Source of the DNA: Neodothiora populina
Lineage: Eukaryota
Assembly: GCF_041146345.1 (NCBI RefSeq)
Contig: NW_027191404.1
Span: 1,612,001 to 1,676,000 of the forward strand
Direction of reading: 5' to 3'
Length of the DNA: 64,000 nucleotides
Position numbers and translations under genes: made by a program. The notes beneath the pieces were generated by a model. The model was not told the origin of the DNA. It saw only the letters and a list, made by a program, of their open reading frames with translations, and made no database searches. Of the stretch, positions 25,601-34,719 are shown in pieces (the stretch's first letter is position 1; each line of letters opens with the position of its first letter).

Positions 25601-27752
25601 TCAAAGCCCCAAGACGCGATGGCACGCCTTTGCAGGAATCGCGTGAGAGAATGTCTTCTACTGCCGATGATGAAGACCCATTCACTGGCCCCTCTCAACG
25701 ACCTCTGAGCTCAAAATCAAATGACTCGAAATCTTTCTGGAACAATCTGAACGAGAGACCCTCTGACAGAAACCTAAGGTCAAGGCGTGGCATGGACGAT
25801 CTGCGATCCATCAGCGGTACGAGCGACATGTCAGTAGGAAGTGACACTCGTCTGGCGACACCCTTGGACCAACAACCATCGCGAGCGTCAAGCGCGCATA
25901 GCAACCCATCAGGCGGGCCCGGCCTCAGACGCATTGACCGCAGTCGGTCGGGTGATCTACGGGGAGCGGCCAGACAACGTGGGGGAACGCTTGGACCAAA
26001 AACAATCACCATTGAACCTCCGCCGACTCCTCCACTACAAGAAGACGAAGAGAACGCTTTCAACGGTCTCGGCAGCGCCCGTGCTGCGGACATGGCAAAT
26101 GTCTATGTAAGTAATCTTGTCCATCAATGCAGTCACAATGATGGAAACTGAACGTTGCTAATGGCTAAACGCAGGAGGGCTGGGGCGATGTCCATGGGTC
26201 GTCGTCAATGTCGCCGACGCGGCCGCCAAGCGTGCGCAAACGTCAGAGCATGCACATAGTTGATCTACAGACTCGACTAGATCAACTTGTCGCCGAAAAT
26301 GAGCAATTACAGAACGCAAAATCTATTGCAGAGCAGTCGCAGCAGGCGGCTTCTTTCGAAAATAATTCTGGCGGTCAAGCATTCAAGGAAGCATTGCAAG
26401 CACGTGAATCCGAAATAGCTGAGAAGGATGGTCAGATCCATCAACTTCGCGCGGTCCTTGGGCCTTTACAACAAGAAGTCGCGAGGTTGACAGAACTGAA
26501 TGGCGGACTGCTAGAACAAAACAGAAATCTTGTCGATGACACTAACCATCGCTATGCGACTTTGCAAGCCGAGAGCGCCCAGGCTCATTCACAATGGGAG
26601 CAATCAATGATGGAACTTGATAGGTTGAGACAAGAACATGCCCAACTATCAGGTGGCATGGAGACCATTGTCCGAGAAGAGATTGCTCGATCTCTCGAAG
26701 ATAAGAACATAGAGATCAGCAGACTGAAGCAGGACCTTGCCACCGCGACCGAGCAGATTAGACATCTCCAAGCCCAGATCCTGGACACCAAGCATGACGA
26801 CTGGCTTCTATACCGCGACGAAGACTATTTTGACAATGCGTGTCAAAAGCTCTGTCAGCACGCCCAGCAGTGGGTCTTGCGTTTCTCAAAGTACAGTGAC
26901 AACAAAAGGTGCAATTTGACCTCTGATCTGCATGATGAGAGAATCGAAGCCAGGCTTGACAACGCCATCTTGGATGGTACAGACGTAGACAAATTACTCG
27001 CCGATCGTATTCGCAGACGTGATATTTTCATGTCACTCGTCATGAGCATGATCTGGGAATACGTCTTCACCCGTTATCTGTTCGGCATGGACCGCGAACA
27101 GCGTCAGAAGCTCAAGGCATTGGAAAAGACTCTTGCCGACGTCGGACCTCCACGCGCAGTCGCACAATGGCGCGCAACGACTTTGACTCTTTTATCGCGC
27201 CGTCCGGCGTTTGCGACGCAACGCAATCTCGACACAGAAGCCGTGGCGCAAGAGATTTTCTCTGTGCTATCGACTTTGTTGCCTCCGCCTGAGCATCTCG
27301 AGGCTCAAATCTTAGCTTCGCTGCGCAATGTACTCAGAACCGCAGTTGACCTATCCATCGAGATGCGCACCCAACGCGCAGAATACATCATGCTCCCACC
27401 ATTGCAACCAGAGTGGGACCCATCGAACGGCGACTTGGTGCGCAAAGTCCACTTCAATTCCGCACTGATGAACGAGCGATCAGGTGAGTACGCATCCAAC
27501 GACGAACTGCATCGCGCGCAGGCAGAGGTCAAGATAGTGCTTTTCCCGCTCGTCGTCAAAAAAGGCAACGACGACGGTGACGGCGAGGACGAGATTGTCG
27601 TGTGTCCTGCTCAGGTACTTGTTGCGGGACAGAGACAGGGGAAGAAGGTGGTGAGGGTGTTGAGTGGAGCGATGGAGATTGATGATCTGGGCAGGAATAA
27701 CAGGAGTAAGCAGAGTTTGGTGTCTCAATTGGAGAGTAACAATGCGTTTTAG
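7645..27752 (+). CDS. lah: Leashin (LAH), giant Woronin-body tether, often annotated 'involucrin repeat protein'; exons 7645..15378, 15436..26106, 26175..27752; about 6660 aa
   Basis: The 2583-, 3481- and 514-aa ORFs join in frame through two phase-0 introns: 15379..15435 (GTCAGT/GCTAAC/CAG) and 26107..26174 (GTAAGT/GCTAA/CAG). 15436..15705 is open. N-terminal block VDWWKDYEDVRKMEEYTEYIGVCKYCFDP, a very long acidic disordered middle with poly-Lys tracts, and a C-terminal coiled coil plus globular domain match the known single-polypeptide leashin architecture. Confidence 0.88.
11260..11840 (+). repeat. Glu/Arg-rich 8-residue coding repeats in leashin (probable single alpha-helix or coiled-coil rod)
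   Basis: EENLRREH/EEKLRRER/EENIRREH/EEDLRRER/EGQVRRER/EEHLRRER within a ~190-aa E/R-rich stretch. Confidence 0.8.
13040..24430 (+). repeat. Dispersed poly-lysine modules in the leashin middle region
   Basis: Roughly 20 K-rich blocks, e.g. LSKKDKKKRDK, DDDWALPAKKSKKDKKKKKK, EDEWAYTPSKKSKKGKKGKK, LSKKDKKKAKK, separated by acidic Pro/Thr/Glu spacers. Confidence 0.85.
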
Positions 27753-28232
27753 GTTATGGGATCACTGTTATCACAATAGTGTTGTTGGAGGACGGAATAT
27801 GAGGGCATGATGAAACGAGAAATCCATGAGAACATGAGGCTGGATGATTCAAGAGAGTACAGCATGGGCTGAGACAGTCGAGATAGCCAAAGGAGGAGGG
27901 AAAAGGTCGCATGACTAACGATTTGGACATTCTGTGCAACGGCGATTCCCAATATAGTTTCTATAGACATACATAATATTCATTTCACATTCAAGACAAC
28001 ACTTTTACATGACCATTGTCCCACTCGCTAACAAGCATCCACCCAGCCATCTTCGAAAACGCGACTTTTAGTATCAGAAACGCACAGACCAAGCCCAAAA
28101 TCCATAAGACCATATCAAATTTCCAATGCCATATACCATTTTTTGACCCTCTCCCGCCACAAAATATATCCTTCTCCTCAATTATTACGAGACCTCATAT
28201 TTATTCTTAGAGAAGGAGAGAAACAAAAGAAG

Positions 28233-30136
28233 ATGACACTAATCCCCCCCATAAAGTCTTTAGTGATAGACCTCCCACCAAGCTGTATAGAGTTCTGCCT
28301 CGCTGCGCCGGAGTGTTTCGTTATCGGGACTTATTTTCTCGAGAAGAAGGATGATGATCTCGTTGACCAATCCAAGGATAAGGCTGTTGAGAGCGGAGAG
28401 GATGGGGTGAGTAGATCTGAGGGAGGAGAGGAAGAGTATCAAACGCGAACGGGCAGTTTGCTGGTTTATCGATTGGTGGGCGATGAGATGTGGGTTTTCA
28501 TTTCTGCTTATCTTCGTGTTTTTCACTTCTTTTTTTGTTCTTTTGGTGTATCGTCTATCTTTTTCCTTCTTCCCTGCCTTGTCTTGCTGGCTTTATAATA
28601 GATAGGGTTTGGTCCGTTTGCTTTTTCCAATCCCTACAACTTCTTTGCGGAAAGAGCTGGTGTTGTTCCATGTCCTTGCGGGCTCATTTGAGTGGGGTTT
28701 CGGGTCTGTCTGGAAGTTGGTGGCTTCAGGCTGTCTATGGTGTGTGGTTGTTGAGATGTGTTTTGTTTTAGGTATCCAGTGAGCTTGGATGGACTTGGGA
28801 CAGCGAGATTCATGGAGCATTGTGTCCTCTTTTATCTGTTTTCATTTCTCTATTCTTTCTTTTTCTCCCCTCGAGTCCAAATAATTCCCAGTCACTTCGA
28901 CAGCCACGTCAATATCAACAAGAAACAACCCATTCTTACAATTTCCTTTTCTTGTTCTAGTCAAATACAACAAACTCTCCCAACACCCTACGCGATCCTA
29001 GACCTCCACTTCTCGCCGCACGACCCCAACCTCCTAGCAGTAGCAGGCTCGACCGGCGTCCTCGAACTTTTCGTTTTCGCCCCCTCTAACAACCAGCTGA
29101 ACCCTTATTCCCGACATCAGCTCTTCGACCCCTCGGTCTTGGTTTTGTCGCTAGCGTGGCACACAACTCGGAGCGATGCTGTCGGAGTGACTGCGTCTGA
29201 CGGCGGGGTTTATACAGCTTTTGTTTCGTCTGCTTCGTCTTCGTCGAGTAGCGAGAAGACAGGGGTGAGAAGCGTGCGACAGATCCACTGCCACGAGCTA
29301 GAAGCGTGGACGCTAGCGTTCGAGCAACAAGCAGACGAAGACGAGACGACAGAGCGCAGCTGCGCGGTGTTCTCTGGCGGCGACGACGCTGTGTTGCGCT
29401 TTACTTGGCCTGTTGCACTACCCTTACCCCCTTCTGCCTCATCACAAGTCAAACCTCTCGAAACAAATTCCGACAACGAATCTGACGAAAACCAAGAGGA
29501 CGAAAACCCGAAAATGCAATATATAGACCGCCGCATTCACAACGCAGGCGTCACGGCCATTCTGCCCCTACCGGGCCGGAAACAGACCCACATAACCATC
29601 ACAGGCAGCTACGACGACCATATCCGCGTCGTGCACACTCCGGTCGTGGGGCGCAAGGTCATTCTCGCAGAGGAGAATCTCGGGGGAGGGGTTTGGAGAC
29701 TTAAGATGTTGGAGCAACGGATTGAGGAGGGAAGGTCGGTTTTTTATTCTTTTCCTTTTACCCTATCTCTTCTTTTTCTTCTTTCCTAAGAAGAGCCAAG
29801 ATATGTTTCGATGTGGACAAAGGCGATAGAAGCTAATAATCCTACAGATTCATCATCCTAGCCAGTTGCATGCACGCGGGCACCCGCATCGTCGAGATCA
29901 CAAGACCGAGTAGAACTCCAGAAGGATGCGAGCAGGACGACGAATGGACGATCCAAGTGCTGGCTCGATTCGAGGAACACAAGAGTATGAACTACGGCAG
30001 CGACGTGCAACCACTTTCTTCTTCGTCTGCTTCTTCGCGGGCTATAGAGAATGGGGGTAGAGATGTCAGGACGATCGTGTCGACGAGTTTCTATGACAGG
30101 CTGGTTTGTTTGTGGAAGTATCCAATCTCGCTATAG
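28233..30136 (+). CDS. DPH7: WD40 diphthamide biosynthesis protein Dph7/Rrt2 (diphthine methyl ester methylesterase); exons 28233..28489, 28961..29734, 29848..30136
   Basis: DLPPSCIEF...VIGTY, AILDLHF, HELEAWT, SGGDD, HNAGVTAI, TGSYDD, LGGGVWRLK, SCMHAG, EHKSMNYG, STSFYDR. Introns 28490..28960 and 29735..29847 restore frame. Confidence 0.85.
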
Positions 30137-30459
30137 CGAATCCTCTTGGGACGATATCTGGGCGTGTGGACTTGTCAGGAAAATCAAGAGTTCTGGATGG
30201 AGATGTGAGATAGGGCGAAGCGAGGTTTTAGAAGTTTTGATTATTGCATTACTAGACGTTGACGTCGTACTTGAAACAAAACAGACAAGCAAGGAAACGG
30301 GATATCAAGGGCAGCTAACAAAACAAAAGCAAGTAGCAGCATCGTCAGCATCGTTTCAGATTCAATCACCCTCTCAGCCAGCCACGCAGTACTGTCTTCC
30401 TTCCACGTTCAACAAGTCATTGAATCAGCGAGGAAGGATCCACTAGTTCAGCCACACTT

Positions 30460-31643
30460 CTAGTATGTGGAGCTTGCGGCGACTCTCTCCTCTTCGTGCA
30501 CAGGGTAAGGAGGCTCGGCAGTGGAAGGAGCGGTGGAGCTAGGGATGGTCTCGAGCTGAGAGTGCTGCGGTTGGTACTCCGAGGTCTCCTCGACGTGAGT
30601 GGTAGGGGCATGCGCATGCTCAGTGGTGGTATATGTGGGCTCCTGAGTGGTATAGGTCTGTGCTGCACTATCGGGAGAGTATCTCTCAGTGCCGTTCCCG
30701 CTAATAGGCATGGCGTTGGAGCCGAGAGCACCAGCCGAGCTATGGATGGGCTCGACGTTGGGCTGCCAGGCCCTCAATTCCTCCTCGGCCATGTTGAGGA
30801 TCTCTCTGCCGGCTACCTCATTCTCATAAGGAGGGTGAGCATCACCGGGCACGACTGGGGTGTCGTCGAGGAGGTTCAGAATCTTCCTTGCGTTCTTGGC
30901 AAGGAGGATCTGCTTCTCGGCGCGCTCGATGTAGGCGGCTGTCAGGATGTCGAAGGACTCCTTGATCTTCTGACGGGTGATGTTGGTCAGTTGGGCCTCG
31001 GCTACGAGGGACTGAGCCTCGGCGCGGACGAGCTCCTGCTCGAGAGTGACAATCTTGGTAGAGCTGGGCTCCTTGTACTTGAGCTTCTGGATTTCGTCTT
31101 GGATCTGATAACAAGATTAGCATATGTTGATCACGATCGTCAAGTTCACAAAAAACGAACCTTGGCCTTGTGATCTCTCGAGGGCTGGACAGAGCTCTCA
31201 GTGTTACGGATCTGCTTGAGCACGCCTCTGCCTTCCTCGAGTCCCGACGCTAAGCCATCCTCCTGCTCTGCGATCTCAGACAACAAAACGCCGAGCTTGT
31301 CGGAAATGTCAGAGATGGCGTCGTCGCCGGTATCCTCACCCCATTCACTAAGTTGCGTGGCAATGGATGCCTGCTGCTTGGCGGCATTCTCGTACGCGCT
31401 GATGGCGTGGTTTTCCGACTTGATCAGCTTGTACAGCTTCTTGGACATCTCTGGCTGATTGATGCCGCGGAGACTGGACATGGTGAAGCGGTGCTTGGGC
31501 GCCGACTTCTCGGCATGGCCTGAGGAGCCCTCGCGATGAGAGCGTACTGAAAGAGCTCGATGCCTGAGTGAGGCATTAGCTATGCTGTAACCAACGGTGT
31601 GGCCGCTTGACGCCCGAAGGCTACGCGATATGCCGACTCACAT
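30460..31643 (-). CDS. Eisosome BAR-domain protein, PIL1/LSP1 family (PilB-like); exons 31642..31643, 31161..31563, 30460..31104
   Basis: Spliced start MHRALSVR, then SKKLYKLIKSEN, QLSEWG...DDAISDISDKLGVLLSE, LKQIRNTESSVQPSRD, KLKYKEP, LEQELVRAEAQSLVAEAQLTNITRQK, LLDDTPVVPG. Introns 31564..31641 and 31105..31160. Confidence 0.92.
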
Positions 31644-32149
31644 TGTTTATATATTTCAGGATCAAGGATATGATACTTGAGCTACTTGATGTGAAACTCG
31701 AGAGTGAAGAGTAGGTATGCGAAAGAAAAGAGGAATGATCTTTTTTTTTTCTTAGAAAGAGAGATAGAGGTGTGTATAAGGACGCGACAACGGAATGGCC
31801 GCTACGTCATTGCTCACATCCGCCTGCCACCCGCCGCCTTTTGGCTTCCATTGAATCCATCGAATCCATGGATGTTTAAGCATTCCACCAGATATTCTAC
31901 TGTTGCCAAGATGAACACTAGTTCGCTCCATCAGATCGCATCAGTAGAGACAAATATAGACAAATGTATTGGAAACGTCCATGTTCGTAGTGTTACCCAT
32001 TATCGCCTTTGGTTGCCCTGACAAGAACTTTACATGCTTTACAGATTCAGACTCCGACTCCAGCAGAATCGCCAACACCTGATTAGAAGTCTTGTTCCTT
32101 TGACAATGTAGCTTGAGATCTGTAAAATGCTTCGGGCCCCAATGATGTA

Positions 32150-32419
32150 TTACTGCTCCACATACACAACGCGGCTGGAGCGGCGATATGCAATATCCCT
32201 GGGTTGACTCTCCCGACTCTCCCGATACACATAGCGAAGATCCGGCCCGCTCTGCCGGTAATGGTCTCCACTGTGATGGTGTTGACTTCTAGACTGCGGG
32301 ATTGGAGATGTGCGACGTCTAGTTTCTCTGACCGGGCCAGCATGATATCTGGAGACGCGTCTAGGCGGTTCGTCGTAGTCTCGACCCGCTCTCTCGTCGC
32401 GAGCTGTGATGAGGCACAT
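32150..32419 (-). CDS. Small (89 aa) Arg/Ser/Tyr-rich hypothetical protein
   Basis: ATG in CAAAGCCATG context, TATAAA about 80 nt upstream (32498-32503), open frame MCLITARDERAGRDYDEPPRRVSRY...RRSSRVVYVEQ. No family recognised. Confidence 0.5.
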   Translation of the reverse strand: MCLITARDERAGRDYDEPPRRVSRYHAGPVRETRRRTSPIPQSRSQHHHSGDHYRQSGPDLRYVYRESRESQPRDIAYRRSSRVVYVEQ

Positions 32420-32928
32420 GGCTTTGAGCTGTCTGCTTGCAGTAGGTGGGGTGCGGGGCTGCTGTCGCAAATACAGTAGAATGGCTGAGTATAGTTCTTT
32501 ATATGTTATATATGGGCTGTCAACGCTTTCTGCTTGATCGCGCAATCGGGGTAAGGATGTATTGAGATGAAATACGAATTGAAAGATATCAAGTAACTAA
32601 CTAATCTTGCGCAGTGTGCCTTAAGACTGCACCTCGGGACAAACTTTGTCCAAAGGAATAGCAGGCTGCGGCTCACTCGCAAACAATGACGTCGGCCAAT
32701 GCTGTGCCAGATTCAGAGGAGGTGCCTTCTGTGTCGCGGCTGGCCTTACTTATCAAAGTAAAGCTACAGTAAGGTACCTTACAGTATGACTGCAAGAAGA
32801 TACGTCTCTCGAGTATGGCATAAGCCACCGTCAGATACATTGAGACCCATCTGAGAAGCCACCACTCTTGCCGATGCTGGTTACCAGAGGCCAGCCAATC
32901 GATTGCTGCAGAGAGTTTCTGCCTTGTA

Positions 32929-34151
32929 TCAATCTTCCTCGCTGTCCTCAGAGGCCACCAAGACCCGTCCTTTGCAGACGACGACCGTCGACTCCTACTG
33001 AATCGTCAGCAAATAAGTCCACACAGATTACATCCGGCTGTCGCTGCTAACCTCGCCATAGTCATGCTCAACATATTTGAGGAGGACTGGGAAGAGCGAA
33101 CCGATTAGAACAGCATCTTCGGGCTCGAGAGTTGTATCCTCCATGTATTCTCGTTCGAAAGGTTGCTCGGCGCCTGTACTCCCCGGGTCGATCATAAATG
33201 CTTCATACGACCCAACTCGGTGATATAGTTGCTCCATCACGTCTAAGCCTGGTTCTATGGCTTTCGTCAAACCGCCACGCGCTGAGTCACTGATATCTGT
33301 TAAGAACAACGTTGACAGGTTTGTTTCGATGATCGCCTGGATGGCCGCTGTCGCAGTAGCTCTGATACCCTCGAAAGGTCTGATATCCTTGTCGAGGAGA
33401 AACTCCTCCGTTTGCAACAGCCAATGCGCTGCCTTCTGGCGATCTGCTATCGTGTCGTAGTCTCTGAAACGTCAATCATATGCGGCTCCAAGTCTGCAGC
33501 GACTCTTACCAGCTTTAACTCCAGGGTAGAGTGAGTAAATGGGTTTGACCATCGGGTCCTTGGACCAGCTCAAGACATATCCTGGCTTAAACATTTTTGT
33601 CAACATGTCCCCCACCCACATAACAACGATATGATGTTCGTTGATCATGCTTTCGTCGGTTCTGAAATTAGGCAAGTATTGCTTTGTAATATCACCGATG
33701 ACTCCATCGGTATTGTGCATGCCTATATCAAATCAGCTTTCTATGAAGTGAGATGATGGTGGTATCTCTCGTCTTTAGCTTCCCGCTCACCTGGTCTAAC
33801 ATGCGCGAAAAGCGACATCGCCCTATCGCGTACAAGATGGAAGCAATCACGCAGCCTTGCTTCGATGGCTGCGTCCGATACTTGTCTTCTAATGTTCGCA
33901 TTAGATGCGATGTGCTGCTTGAGTCGTGAGACCGTGTTCTGCAGACTTATTGCGTTGTCATTTCTTTTGCTAATCTCTCGCTGCAGATGTTCAATACGAC
34001 AGTCACTCTCCTGTAGCTCCTGGTTCAGAACAGTCGTTAGGCCCTCAATTATGATGGCTCTCTTTCGAGATATGTAAGTAGCCTCGCGGATAGGTCTTTC
34101 TCTCTTGACATCCCTTGTAGGCTCTATAGCACCGCTTTCCTGCGACTGCAT
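32929..34151 (-). CDS. Hypothetical ~344-aa coiled-coil protein with a leashin-C-terminus-like / GrpE-like domain; exons 33791..34151, 33510..33722, 33052..33446, 32929..32994
   Basis: Three ORF-track fragments join via introns 33723..33790 (GTGAGC...TAG), 33447..33509 (GTAAGA...TAG, acceptor uncertain) and 32995..33051 (GTTAGC...GCTGAC...CAGTAG). Product: N-terminal heptads, QVSDAAI, HWLLQT, FEREYMED, LFPVLLK, VVVCKGRVLVA. TATA-like element near 34232. Confidence 0.65.
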
Positions 34152-34719
34152 TTTCTGTTCACTGACCACTGCGAAACTGAGTCAAAGGCAGATTGTTGAT
34201 AATGATCAGGACTTAGGATGATGGTTGACTGTATATAGCTCGAAGATATATTCTTGTGTTGCGCTTTTAGTGTGAGTATATGTTCAAAGAATCATGGAAG
34301 TAATGCCGTTCAGCTGATTGCTATGGGCCTTGAGTGATTGTCGCGGATACTTGCAGATGTGGACCTTGACGATGCCCATCCGAAGTACTGACCGTTCACA
34401 AAAGCCGCAACTGGAATGTACTTGTTGTCGGTTACTTTGGCTATGTAAGTGTTGCTGCAGACAACTGACAGTTGTCCTCAATTGGCTCTCGCCTCGCTCG
34501 AGCTTCACTTGTTGTTGCCATCATTCTTAATGACCTTCACCCTCGAGATTTCTCCTTGCACCGTGGTATAGATCATCCCTCTTCTTTGACCACATAAAGC
34601 CCTTCATCGTCAACATCTTCTTGTGGACTACTTCCATCGGCAACGAGTTTCCGTTCTCAGGAGTGGCCATCTCACAATCTGTACGCTGACCCTGGAAACA
34701 TAAGCCAGTTACGAACCAG

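Noticed and set aside
7645..27752. Three separate large genes (2583, 3481 and 514 aa) as listed in the ORF track
   Set aside because: Two short canonical phase-0 introns join them in frame. The second ORF starts at a TTG inside an already open frame.
27808..27872. ATGATGA...CTGA as a box C/D snoRNA
   Set aside because: Lies in the lah 3' UTR, with no terminal stem and no recognisable rRNA-complementary guide.
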